In this document: positions 1 through 11,704 of the stretch, piece by piece
Numbering within the stretch: the first letter of the stretch is position 1
Layout: each line of letters opens with the position of its first letter
Assembly: GCA_013239625.1 (NCBI GenBank)
Contig: MU053431.1
Span: forward strand, 1,886,485 to 1,950,484
Origin: Lama guanicoe
Lineage: Eukaryota
Length of the DNA stretch: 64,000 bases
Reading direction: 5' to 3'
The notes under the pieces: generated by a model
Database searches by the model: none
Told to the model about the DNA's origin: nothing
What the model saw: only the letters and a program-made list of their open reading frames with translations
Position numbers and translations under genes: made by a program

Positions 1-200
1 AACATCAAAGCTATTAATACGAATCTGCAGAACTTTGGGTGCACTGAGGATTTTACAACATCGCCAAACCACACATTCTCGGTTTTAAAAAGTTACTGAG
101 CTCAATGAATGGAAAAAAAAATCCTTGAGAGGGACCTACCTAAAAGAAAATTCATCCATTTAATACAGATGAGCAAAGCTTCGCTGATCGTCTTCCCTAC

Positions 201-387
201 CTGCGTTTGTGAGAGGTTAGAGTTCCCACCAGCAGAGCACGCGTTCGCAGTGAACAGCGGGCACGTAAACTGCAGAGCAGTCGTCGCAGCAGCAGTTTTA
301 TTTTTCACTAAGGTCGTACATTTGTTTTGTTGCTGATGAAGAGGAACATTCATTAATTCAGACGGATGTCGAATAAGAGTTACCAAA
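201..387 (-). CDS. TCFL5: TCFL5 coding exon 2 (bHLH transcription factor-like 5); gene continues off the left edge
   Basis: Translates (N)LVTLIRHPSELMNVPLHQQQNKCTTLVKNKTAAATTALQFTCPLFTANACSAGGNSNLSQTQ, matching TCFL5. Acceptor ttggcag| at 388-390, donor CAG|gtaggg at 200; phase agrees with exon 1. Confidence 0.93.
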
Positions 388-1249
388 CTGCCAAGACAAA
401 AGAGACCCAGAAACACATGATGCGTGTGTGGCAGGTAAGTTCCCCTGAAACACTGCAGTCATTATCAGTCGCTAATGCTGACATTCGATTTTCTCGCTAG
501 GACCTCCAATATGCCCGATGAACACACCCTCATCATGGGAACCTCGCAAAACAAAACTCAACCACGGTTGCAGGGGACGAGTTCAAACTTTCTTCTTCCT
601 CACCCTGGAAGCGGGGGCTGTGGCCCCTCTTGGTTAGCTCCCTTCCCATCACACCTCTGACACCAATCTTTTTCTGGCCAGCCTCCAAAATCTGCTGACT
701 ACGGACAAAATGGGGAAACTAGAGTGGGGACAGACAGAAAACTGAGGCGGCATCCCAGCGGACAGGCTTCTCCTCCCAGCAGCTGTTGGAGAGAGATCAC
801 TTGTGGGCTGGCGGGCTGGCTGCAGAATGAAGCTGTGTTACACACTCACAGCCTCACAATATGGCATCTTTTGCTCCTGCATCTGTGCGTGCGCAGGGAG
901 GTCAGCCCTAACCCCAGTCAATGTGGGGGTGGGGGGCAGAACCCTCTCCTGACCTTTGGGGCAAACCTCTGGTCCTCAGGAGCACCTGTACAGTTATCTT
1001 AACGCATCTCTTCCACACGCAGGTGCTGACGCAGAGTGCAAACCACAAAAGGTAATGCTCTGGGTTATTCACTTAACACCTGCTTGCTCGCTGTGCCTGC
1101 ACGGAGCACACAAACTTTCAGGTCAGCCGCCCCGAGACCCAGTGGGACCCACTCCCTGTTAAGATGCAGGCTGCAGTGAGGCCGCTGCTTCTCTGCACAA
1201 GATCCTGGTCTACACTCAGACGGAGGCTAACGCTTCTCTGTAGGACCCC

Positions 1250-2350
1250 AGGCCTACACCCAGACCCCGCGGGGCCTGCTCCCTGGGGGATGCACCCACT
1301 TGTTGAGCGCCACGCCGGGCTCGGGGGGCTCGGCGCCGCGCGGGGCAGGCGGGGGCTCGGCGGGGATGCTGTTGAAGCGGTCCTCCAGGCGGACGCGCAC
1401 GGCCGACTTGGCCCGCGCCTCGGACGCGCCCTCCGCGCTCTCCTTGCCGGCGCCGTCGGGCGCCTTGGGCCGGGGCGCGCCGGGGCCCGGGCCGTCGGCG
1501 CCCGGCGTCTTCTCGGCGGCGGGGGGCGCGCCCGCCTCGCTCAGCAGAAGCATGCGCAGCTCCTGGAAGTCGATGTGGCCCAGGCACGGGTTGGCGCCCG
1601 CGAAGCCGCCGTCGGCCAGCGCGGGCGGGCACAGCACCGGGTACACGGGCGCCGCGCCTCCTGCCGCCGCCGCGCCCCCCGTCGCCGCGAAGCCCCCCGC
1701 CGCCGCCGCCGCGCCCGGCGCCGCCGCCGCCAGGAAGGCCGAGTTGAGGCGCGTCTCGAGCTCCCCGTCGGCCGCCGCCGCCTCCATGTGCGAGTAGAGG
1801 ATGTGCTGCAGCTGCGTGTACTCGATCTCCGTCATCTCCACCAGGCTCAGGTCGGTGGTCGTGAAGCTCAGCCCCGCCCCGCCCAGCGCCGCGTCCGCGC
1901 CCTCGGGGCCCGCCGGCCCGCCCGCCTGCGGCGGCTCCCGCGGCCCGGGGCCCGNNNNNNNNNNNNNNNNNNNNCCGCCCGCCCCGCCCCCGGCCCCGCC
2001 CCGGCCTGCGCGCAGCCTGCGCGCGCAGGTCGGGGCGCGGGGCGCTGGGGGGCGCGGGAGTCCGCGGGGCCAGGCCTTCCCGGGCCTGGCTGGGAGTCGG
2101 GGCGCAGGCAGGAGGCCCCACGGGAGTGACTCCACCACGAGTTCACGCAGCCACGGGGCGCAGTGCCGTCCGCCTTCTCCGCGCGTGGGGCCGTGAGGGC
2201 TGCGTGCGCCCCGACAGTAGACAGGTGAGACAGCTGCCCCCAGCACAGGTGCGACCAGGCCGTCTGTGCGCAGGTGGAGGCTCAGTCAGGTAAACACGTG
2301 GTGCACGAGTTCATCCTAGAACGGGCCAGGGCCGGTGTGATCGATGCACC
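1250..2350. promoter_or_regulatory. CpG island / TCFL5 promoter
   Basis: Very high GC and CpG density. GC boxes at 1975-2002, TGCGCGCA repeats (NRF1-like) at 2007-2027, E-box CACGTG at 2295-2300. Confidence 0.85.
1300..1958 (-). CDS. TCFL5: TCFL5 coding exon 1; ATG inferred inside the N-gap 1955-1974
   Basis: GPGPREPP...LSFTTTDLSLVEMTEIEYTQLQHILYSHME...CLGHIDFQELRMLLLSEAG...VRVRLEDRFNSIPAEPP...GVALN matches the TCFL5 N-terminus. Donor AA|gtgggt at 1299. The start codon is not visible. Confidence 0.9.
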
Positions 2351-2384
2351 CGACAAGCACTGGCCAGCGACCTGAGATTTTTAG

Positions 2385-2600
2385 AAGCTTTTTTGAACTA
2401 TAACGCACATGTCACGTGGGTTCGTCCGTTTAAAGCGTGCCCTTTGGCGGTAGCATATTCACATCCCAAAGCCACAGTCAGTTCAGAACATCTTCACCCT
2501 AAAGAGAATCCCACACCACTAGCACTCCACTCTCTGGGCCGGTGGGTTTGCTAACCCCCGGCACTGCGCAGAAATGGTACCATACAATACGTGGTCTTTG
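2385..2600 (-). mobile_element. Old L1 (L1M-type) 3' end remnant
   Basis: Resembles the antisense L1MB 3' terminus (tttgaactataa...agaacatcttcaccctaaagagaatccc...catacaatacgtggtcttt); heavily diverged. Confidence 0.5.
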
Positions 2601-3134
2601 AAAGAATTACTCTCGCAGGCTCAAAATACTTACTGTACCCCTCTCACCAGTACCCCGGTCTCAACCAGTGGTTGTTTTCTGTAGAGAAACCAGGTCATTT
2701 AAAGAAAGGCTTGTGATTTAGGCACAGTTTTCTAACAAGCAGGCTCTGAACCTCTTGCTCATTCTGTCACAGCTCAGACGTTTATCTTTGCAGTGCTATT
2801 TTTTTTATTTTGCAGTGTCTTTTCTTTGAACAATATAAGATCATACTATGGTTTTATAATTTGCTTTTCTTTTTTTCCCACTTAATACGTCCCTGGGAGG
2901 GAAATGACGGACTACTCACAAAAAGATAACTGGACAAATGATTAATCTTTTAGAAAAAAAATAAGGGTATTTTCCCCCCACACACCTGAGGTAAAAATTA
3001 GTTTCAGATCATTGAAATACCTAAATTTAAAAAGCAAAATTATGCAACCACCGAATATATAGGATAGCGATAAAATCTTTGAGACGATTCTAAGCATGAT
3101 GCCAACACAGGCGGTGAAGTGCACAGATTCACGC

Positions 3135-3255
3135 CCGGGATCTTGTTTACAAGCAGATTCTAACTCGGCCCGCCTGGGTGGGCCCAGAATCCCCCCTTTC
3201 TACGGAGCCCCCGCTGATGTGTGTGCTGATTGGTGGACCCCACTGTGGGCAGCAA
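3135..3255. mobile_element. MER5-like hAT-Charlie remnant
   Basis: gcagattct...gggcccagaat...gctgat...ggaccccactgtgggcagca resembles MER5A. Confidence 0.5.
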
Positions 3256-3869
3256 AATCAGAGTGAAATTTAGTGTTTAAACGGGAAAATAAAATCAAGA
3301 TTATATCTGACCTGGCTTTTTGTTCATTGGAAATGAAGACCATCGGCACCTGCACTGTTTTTGTGTTTCTTGATTTGGGTGGCGTTTGCAGGTGTTAATT
3401 TCTGAGACCTCTTTTGTTTAGATATGGCACATGAGGACGATCTGGCTTCAGTGGGGTCTGCTTTACAAATAAAACGTGAAGAAAATGTCGAACAAGCTTT
3501 TTTCAAACTCTGAACACGGCTCCCTGTGGTTCTGGTCTAGCCCTGGGGAGGCAGCCCCCCTTGGCTGGGGAACCCTGCTGAGGAGTCAGGGAGAGCCCCA
3601 GGGAGCAGGGCAGGCAAAGAGCAGCCCCTGCCCCGAACCTGCAAGAAGAAACAGTAAAGAGCATCATGGATGGATGGCAGATTTGAGAGGGCCCTGAAGT
3701 GGGGCCAGCTTTCAAGGACCGGGAGGAGCCACAGGGGAGACCCCGTGGGGGCAGGTTCAGCTCTGGACCTACAGCTGGATCCCCAAGCACAGCATCCATG
3801 GGAACCTGGTGTCCCGAGAACACGTGTGTTGGGCGTGAAGTTGTAGCAACACGTGCACCCTGTGAAACC

Positions 3870-4560
3870 GGCAGGACAGGAAAGCAAAACTGCAGAGCGA
3901 TTGACGCGGAGAGATGTGCACAAATTCTGAACCACATCTTGGCACATGGAATCCAACAAGGTTTCTTCGAAAAAAATAACTCATCACAACCCAGAGGGGT
4001 TTATTCCAGGGACGCATGTTTTGTTTACATTTGAAAGTCAACAAACGTGAACAACTCTATTCACAGACCAGAGAGAAAAGCGGTATGATTACCTCAAAAA
4101 TGCAGAACAAAAGCCAATCCAACATCCATTCCTGATAAATCTCTGTCAACCAAGGGCAGGGGGAGCCCACGCTCGATAAAGGGCAGAGTGAAGTAACTAC
4201 GGCTGCACGTCCTTAATGGTGAAAGACAGGCAGCTTTCCCTTGACGAGGAAGAAAGGGAAGACACCCCCTCCCTCTGCTCCGGCTCAGCACTGCCCCGAG
4301 GACCTGCTCAGCGCGACAGAGCGAGGGCAGGAAGGGCCGTCAGACGGCGAGGCAGGAAGCAGGCCTGTCTTGGCTTGCAGACAGCACGGTACTCTGGGCA
4401 GAAAATCCCAGGACTCTATAAACAAGCCAGGAAGCGAGCTCAGCAAGACCACAGCATACAAACACCAACCGTGAGTGCTGGACACGTGGCACTGCGGCTG
4501 AAGCACAAACACCACGTACAATGACTCAGAAACACGCTTAAGAGCAAGCTTCACGGGACA
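3870..4560 (+). mobile_element. Ancient L1 ORF2 (reverse transcriptase region) remnant
   Basis: Translation QILNHILAHGIQQ resembles L1 KILNKILANRIQQ. Downstream segments follow L1 RT order (aatgcagaacaaa, catccattcctgataaa, ttaatggtgaaagac, gcagaaaatccca). Confidence 0.65.
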
Positions 4561-4619
4561 CGCACAGAAGGCGCACGTCGGAGGCCGTCCGGCCTAGGTG
4601 CCCGGCCTGCCCCCCGCCC

Positions 4620-5160
4620 CGCCTTCTCCCTGGGAGCCGCTCGTCCTTTCCCCGTCTCCATAGTTCTGCCTTTTCCAGAAAGTCATAGAGTTGGAATCAC
4701 ACAATAACGTAGGCTTTTCCAGATTGGCTTTTTCACTAGTAACATGCATTGAAGTTTCCTTGACGTATTTTCATGACCTGACAGCTCATTTCTTTTTGGT
4801 GCTGAATAATACGCCGCGTCTGGATGGACTCCAGTATATTTACCTATTCACCTGCTGAAGGACATCGGGGTTGCTTCCAAGTTTTGACAGTTGTGAATTG
4901 AGCTGCTGCAAATGTCTGTGTGCAGGTTTTTGTGTGGATGTGAGCTTTCAGTTCCTCTGGGTAAATGCCAAGGGGACCGCTGGAGGGTATGGTCAGAGTA
5001 CATTTAGTTTCAGAAGAAACTGCCAACTGTCTTCCAACGTGGCTGCACCAGAGAGAGAGTCCCGTTGCTCCACACCCTCGCCAGTGCTGTCAGTGCTGCA
5101 CTTTTTGGACAGTCTAAGAGGTGTGCTCGGTGGCGCTTTGGAGCCTCGGTTACAGTGCCA
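4620..5160 (-). mobile_element. L1M(B)-type ORF2 C-terminus plus 3'UTR remnant
   Basis: ORF 4844-5026 reads PLGIYPEELKAHIHTKTCTQTFAAAQFTTVKTWKQPRCPS, the L1 ORF2 C-terminal motif, followed by typical L1MB 3'UTR. Confidence 0.85.
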
Positions 5161-8049
5161 GCTAGGCGGCAACACCACGCAGGGCTGCGACGACGTCTTC
5201 GGGGACGTGGGGCGGGCTCTGAGTCAGCCACCAGTGGGGCTGTTTCTCCAGCATTTGCGGGACTGGAATCAAGGGGTGGAAGTGGGTGGCTGCTGTTCCC
5301 TCCACTGAGCTGCCAGCAAAGTCTGTGCTTCCTGTTCCTGCAACTTTCGGTTCTGGAGTGCTCAGTCCCAGGGGAGCAGCGCTCCCTCTCGGGGGCATAG
5401 TGACAGTGTCACTGGGCCACCAGTCGAGACTCCTGTCCGGCCACTTTGGACTCTTCAGGCCAGTGAATCAGCTGGCAAAGCAGGAGTGATGGGGCCGGAG
5501 GCCCAGGAGGAGCAGCACTCAGGCAGGGCAGGCGCAGTCCAGACCCGTCAGGATGAAGGTTTGGGTCACCCACAGGCGAGGAGCCTCCAGGGGGGCCTGG
5601 ACTGGGTAGCAGAGGAAGGTTATTCTAAACACAGCGACACCACTGTGACTGGGGCAGCGGGGAGGCCCGAGATAGCTGAGTCCTGTGTGTTTATTACCCA
5701 CGAATGTCCGTTTTCTTCTCTTCTCTTGTCCCCGATCATCTAAGGTGAGACTGGTTCAGGGTGGCTGACCCCCTTCCCAGAGTTTGCGGGACCGGGCAGC
5801 ACCTGGAAGTGCGAGTCGGCCAGAAGACTGAGCATCACGGGGGTGAAAGAAGGGACTGTCTCCTCTGCCAGGGGACAGGGTGGTGGTGTCATGCCAGGTG
5901 GGGACCAGAGTTGGTGCCTGTGTTTGGGAATTATGGCTCAAAGGGCAGCTGTAGGCAAGGTTGGAGGTGTGCTGGGGCCACCATGACGGGGCTGGTGCCG
6001 GTGACTGGCGCTGGCTGGGCCCCTTTTCTTAGAAGCCCCTCCCCTGCATGTTCCTGGTGAAGGGCACCAGCAGGGACAGTTTGCGTGAGATCTGAAGGCC
6101 AGGAGAGAAGTGACAGCCATTCCACTTTTCCTACTCAGAGGGCTGGGCCAGGGTCTCACACATGAATGTCACCTCCCCAGGATCCGCTCAGTCTGTTTTG
6201 GGCCAGGGTTGCACCTACCTTTACGACAAAGTGCGCCAGCTTCTCAGGCCGGACACCCACCCCCTCGAGGTGGCAGGCAGACAGGGCCACGTGAGGCTAG
6301 TCCACCCTCGAGGGCCCAGCCTGTCCTCCCTCCTCTTCCGGCCCCTTCCCGCCCCTCCCCTCTGCCCAACCTGGCCCTCCAGCCCCCCGCCTCCAGCAGA
6401 GACTACCACTGGCTCCCGCAACAGCTGGGCCAACTCTGTCCCCAAAGTCCTGATGCCTCTCCCCGGCCCTGCCTGTCTGCCTTTCTGTGTCTCCCTGTCT
6501 CTCTCTGACCCCAGTAAGGAGAGGGGTAGAGAGGCGTGAAACCCACGCCCCGGCCTCGGGGGACCGTTCTCCACGCGGCTTGCTAGTGCTGTGACTCGTG
6601 AGTTTCGTCTGCTTCTTAAGGAGAAAGAGAATTGGGCCCACCTTTGTCAGAGATGGGATCTCAATTAGCTACTTAGGAGAATTTGAGTACCTTTGTGACT
6701 GATTTCAAAATATTTGGAAAAATGAAATTTGTTAAATGCTTAATTGGATGTTGAAGTGTCTGATAGTCGGTATTTAAATATTTTTTAAAAACATTGTTTG
6801 ATAGATTTATGGGACTAAGAAATAGGACACAGCAAACTATGAGTCTCCCTCTGCTTGCTCGGAAGTTCCTCGGCTGTTAAAGTACTAATTAATCACACAC
6901 ACACACCCACACGAAGAAAAGTGGGGGCAACAGATTTGAACTCCCAAGGAAACCCCAGCGGGGGGCACGCTCACAAGCACGAGACCAACACTCCCCTGGT
7001 GCGTGGTGAGGGGACGTGGGGGATCAGAAGCGGGCGGAGGCTGGGTCTTCGATGCAAACTGGTAAAAGGCAACACCTGAGAAGCAGAAAGTGGTCGACCC
7101 AGAGCTGAAGAGACTGGGTCAGAGCGCCCAGGGCGGGCGGGGGGTTCCAGGACAGGCCTGGGAACAGGCGGTGCGGGGAAGCCAGAGGACAGGGCGGCAG
7201 GGGACCTGCAGGGCGCCCGAGTACCGGGGTGACCTCGAGCAGAGAGAACGAAGGGGAGACCCCAGCAGAAGGGCCTGTAGCCCCTCAGCGCGGTTTCCCT
7301 CCCTCCCTCCGGCCCACCTCCTGCCTCTGGGATCTTGGTTTTTAAACCAAAGGGAAGTGTTCACCTGTTACTCATGTGCATGTAATCTCAGATGTCCCTG
7401 AGGGTCTTTGAAATGAAGAATCTGTCACTGCCGTGGTCCAGGGCAGATAAGTGTGACCGCAGCCGAGTCACCTTCTGACTTGAGCTGGTTTCTCTTTGTT
7501 CCTGATGCGTGCTTGCGTGCGTGCATGCGTACCTGTGAGTGTGCGTGCATGTGCCGGTGTGGGAGGTAGGACTCCCCTCGGGAGCTCCAGCATAAAAACC
7601 GTCTCCCCATCCTGGGTGTCTGGGGGACTGGTTGTCACTCACATGCAGTTGAAGTCACAAGCACAAACATCCAGCAGACCCTGGGCAGACCACTCCTGCC
7701 CCCCAAACTGCCTCCCTTGTGCGGCCCTTAGAGGTGCCCCACTCCCACCTGGTCTGCTGCCTGCCCCCCGGGTTTGCCTTATCCAGCCTGTCCCGTGTGG
7801 GGCCCTGCTGCCGGTGGCCGTGGTCTGGCGCCTGTCCCCGCTGGACGCCCCGAGCCCCCTCCCCACCAGGGTCTGCACCTGCGCTCGCCTGCTCCAGGTG
7901 GCCAGCGTGGTGCGTCTGGGCATTGCCTGGAGGGCATCTGGGTGGTTTTGTGGTTTGGGCAGTGGTGCAGAAAGCACTGTAAGTATTTGCTTACAGATTT
8001 TTGTGTGAGCATGAATCGTTGTTGTTTTTAACTTATCCTATTTCTCTTA

Positions 8050-8158
8050 GGGAGGAGGTAGCTAGGTTTATTTATTTATTTTAATGGAGGTACTGGGGAC
8101 TGAACCCAGGACCCGTGCGCGCCACGCAGGCACGTCACCCCTGAGCTGTGCCCACCCC
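8050..8158 (-). mobile_element. tRNA-derived SINE of camelid type
   Basis: Minus strand reads ggggtgggcacagctcagggg (A box)...gtcctgggttcagtccccagtacctccattaaaataaataaataaacctagctacctcc (B box and tail), the structure of the short camel/alpaca SINE as recalled. Confidence 0.8.
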
Positions 8159-8999
8159 TGCATCTTTGGGGAGTTTCGCCACCATCTGAAGTCTGTCCCC
8201 CAGGGAGCCTGTTAGACTCACTTCCCAGGAGGGCCCTCCTCTGCGTCTCTGCGTCTTCCGTGCTGCCTCTAGGCTTGCTGGGCTCTCTGGAGACCCTGAA
8301 CCATCCCAGCACCTAAGACCTGCCCCCGGGGTGACACTGTCCCCAGTGCAGTGCTGGTGCATGCCTTGGGGTAATGTCTCGCGGGGTAGTGGGGGTTCTG
8401 GGTGGTGTGGAGTTGACCCTGACATGTCACTGATTGGAACCCGGAAGCTCTTCTCCAGACGGTGCCACCGTCCCACCCACCCCCGGGCCGTGCCAGCTGC
8501 CCTGCGCCCTTGCCTGCACTTGTCATGGCCAGTTTTCTGACCCGTGGGGTGTGATGTACCCGCGGTGGTTCTCACGGTGGCTCCACCGTGCCTTCTGTTT
8601 TGCTAGCAGACCCTGATCCCTGATTCGCTCCCTTGCAGCCTGGGCGGCCAGGAGCCAATCTGGCCCAAGGGGTGACACCACACGCTTTGAAGGGGGATGG
8701 GCGTGGACAGCCCTGCAGGCTCCGTGAGCGGTGAGGTGATGAGGGTGTGCTTGCAAGGGCAGCCTTCTTACAAACCCGAGGACAGAAGTCACAAGGGATG
8801 GCAGGGCAGGGGACCCTCTGTGACGTCAGGCCGGGGTTGCCTTGTGAAGCTCGCGAGAAAAGTGGGCCAGAAATGCCATTAGGAACGCCTGTCTCTGGAT
8901 GGCAGCATCTGGGGGAACCTAATTTCCTTAGTACACTTCTTTCATCTCCCACATTCTCCACAGTGGACACGGAGGACCCCTCAGATCCACAGGGAGCAC

Positions 9000-9210
9000 G
9001 TGTTCTCTTGATAGAAGATAAAAACCTTTTGAGCAACGTGAAAAATGTAAATGCTTCTGATGAATTCCTGACAGCTTTGGGAGTCGCCCAGGAGACAGAA
9101 GTGAAATATACCAGAATGCATAGCATCCCGACTTCGTAAAAGAATAGAGGGAAAAAGAGATTAAGAGAAACTGATATACAAAACATTACCAGCAGTAACT
9201 GCTGGGTGCA
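9000..9210 (+). mobile_element. Probable L1ME 3' remnant
   Basis: A-rich island ending aaaacattaccagcagtaactgctgggtg, similar to the L1ME 3' region. Confidence 0.35.
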
Positions 9211-10433
9211 ACGGGTGGCCTCGGGACCCTCTCCTTTCCCGAATGTCCTGCAGGAAGTACGCAGCACAGCCATTCGAAGCCCTGAGACCCAGTAGCTACC
9301 AGCTCCGAACCCCGCCTCCGAGGGGCTCATACACCCATCCCCTGCCTCTCCTCCCCTCCTGCTCAGGCCCCTTTCACGGGCACAGCCAGTCTGGACCCAT
9401 GCTATGACCCGCCCTGGGGCTGGTATGGGTGGGGGCGGGAGAGCGACTGGCCCACCGCCCTGGGAGGCCCTTTCATCCTCCCTCACAGCTGCCCCGTGGA
9501 GACAGATGGGGCATCCGGACCAGGAGTTGAAGCCACACGGCAGCCCCCGCCAAGCACCGCAGCCCTCTAGCCCCAGGGATGTCTCAGAGGCATGCGTGGC
9601 TGCTGGGGGCTCAAGCGGGACTCCCCACTGTCAGGTCTCCGGGGAGCCCAGCACAGGACGGTGGGTGACGTCGGTGAAGGGGGTCATGGGTGGAGCCGTC
9701 GGGGCTAGTCCTGAAGGGGTGGGAGTGGGGGTGACGGGGGAGCCTGGCTGGGCGAGGGTTTTGTGGCACGTGTACAGGATGGGCTCTGGGAGGACAGAGG
9801 ATGTCCAGTCGCGGGCACACTTTCCCCGACGTTTTGGGGAAACTGCTGGAACAGCAGCCTGCAGCCCCGCCGGCCCGGCCCAGCGCCCAGCACTGCTTAG
9901 CGCGTGTCCTGCAGGATCCGGGCTTTGCTCCTTGAGGGAGCTTCGGCTCCCAGCAGCTCTTGGTAGCGCGCTCTTCTCCGAGGTCAGGCTGGTGCGGGGC
10001 GACCACAGACAAGCGGCCGCCTCCTGGGACCCTTGTAGGTCACGGGGCGCCCCCGACCTGACGCCTTCCTGAGACGCAGGGGCAGCGGCGGCCCCAGGCC
10101 AGGTCCCCCCCGTGGAACCCCCACTGTGTGACACGCACGTCCTGGGTTCTCCCCCGGTTTGCTGTGTGCGCAGCCAGGAAACCAGACGGTCAGTTTCGAA
10201 CTCTCCACTGCCCAGGGGTCGAGCCTGTCTTGCCCGAGGAACATGTTTCTTGGCAGTTTCGGCTCACAGCGCCAGTACCGGGGGAGCCTGAGGTTGTCCT
10301 GAGGTGAAATGCTGGCACGAGGGTCACCGGGTGAGGGCCAGGTGCGTGGCTGACTTTCAAGGGCAAGGCCCACACCCACCTTCCCCTCCAGCCGCCGAGT
10401 GAGGACACACGAGACAGAAAACCCTTGTAGACG

Positions 10434-10439
10434 TTTATT
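10434..10439 (-). terminator. DIDO1: Poly(A) signal of the DIDO3 (full-length) mRNA
   Basis: AATAAA on the minus strand at the end of a ~1.3 kb 3'UTR, followed ~20 nt later by a GU/U-rich element (ttttctgtctcgtgtgt). Confidence 0.8.
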
Positions 10440-11704
10440 CTACTTCAAGTAACAAACCTATGAAGTCCATGTTTTAATGTACAGTGATATAATACTCTGC
10501 AATATAAAATACAATTTACAGAAATTTCTATCAAGTAAACCTAAAGAAACACACTTGATTTTTACATTTGTTGTGTTTAAATTAGAAAAATTTGTTTTAC
10601 GTGTAAAAAAACCTTCACATCACATCAGCTGTTGGGACTTGACGCCACTTTGATGCAGTTTAACCCACTGACTCTGATCTGTAACCAATCACCCCAAGTG
10701 GCTAATACGTTCTCCCTGCTCTAGTAACTCAAAATGTTTGTGCTAGAAAGTGAAAAATCTGTAGTGACGTACAATGGAACAGACTCCAAAGAGCAAATAA
10801 AATTCTCTAATTTTATATTTGCAAAAGTAAGTTTATGAAAATATAAAAAAATTATCAAAGTGTATTTGTACAGTCAAATAAATTAGCAAGGTTTTCTCTA
10901 TTTCACACCCCAGAAGTACGTGGAAAACAGGACGAGCGGTGCGCTGCCTTTCACGGCGAGCAGCTTTCCTGCCTGCCGTTCTTGAGCTGACAGCACTACC
11001 TCCCACTTCAGGCTTCACACAGCTACTGTTCCACCTCAGTGACGGACGCTGAAGTTTATCCCCTGACAAACACGACAGTCCGGAGCTAGGGCGCTCTCCC
11101 TGGGACACAGAGAGAAATGCTCAGACGGTGAAGTTCAGCAAACAGCATGTTCCTGATCATTCAAATCAAAGAACTCCCCCTCCCCCACCGTTTAAAGTAC
11201 ACTTAATTGGTTTGTTTTCTCACTTTCTTTAGGCTGGTAAAATTTAAACCTTTTTAAAATAAACTTATTTAAAATGTAACAATTTCTACTCAGATGTTGC
11301 TTTTAATTATGCTTTTGAAACCAAATGTGTAAGGCGATATATAAAAACTGAGCTTTTGCTCAGAAACGCGTTTGTTTCCTAGCTGAAATTTGTAATTCAA
11401 ATTTCTTGACGACGAAAGACGTATGAGTGAGTTCTGCGTTTCTCGACCTTCCAGAGATGAGCTAACACCGCGCCCGCAGCCGGGCCCAGGCACGCGGCGC
11501 GCCCGCCGGGAGGCTGACAGCGGCCTCTGGGAGCAGAAACGCGGGAGAGGCGTCAGGAAAGGTATGGCTCTGAGGTCCATTCAAGTTCCCTTAAAATTTA
11601 CAGGAGTCAAGTTATTAGAAAAGATAACTATAATCTGAAAAAGCAATATGCTTTTTGTAGACACTTTCCATTTCGGTAATTTTAAACGGAAAGGTTAAAA
11701 GTTC

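Noticed and set aside
432-440. Consensus plus-strand donor CAG|GTAAGT antisense in TCFL5 intron 1
   Set aside because: Isolated 9-mer with no supporting acceptor or promoter visible; plausible by chance.
388-1299. Alternative internal first exon of TCFL5 (CHA-type isoform)
   Set aside because: Such isoforms are known in human and mouse, but I could not define boundaries from this sequence.
1164-2196. Long antisense and alternative-frame ORFs over TCFL5 exon 1 (also at 52435-53771 and 61569-63165)
   Set aside because: CpG-island composition suppresses stop codons; the products are low-complexity R/A/G/P sequences with no recognisable domain, and several span N-gaps.
3870-5160. Adjacent opposite-strand L1 pieces as a single twin-primed (5'-inverted) insertion
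   Set aside because: The pieces are tail-to-tail and differ in apparent age, which fits two independent insertions better.
8572-10134. Intergenic ORFs of 130-304 aa between TCFL5 and DIDO1
   Set aside because: No recognisable protein similarity or exon structure; partly overlap an L1 remnant; consistent with GC-rich background.
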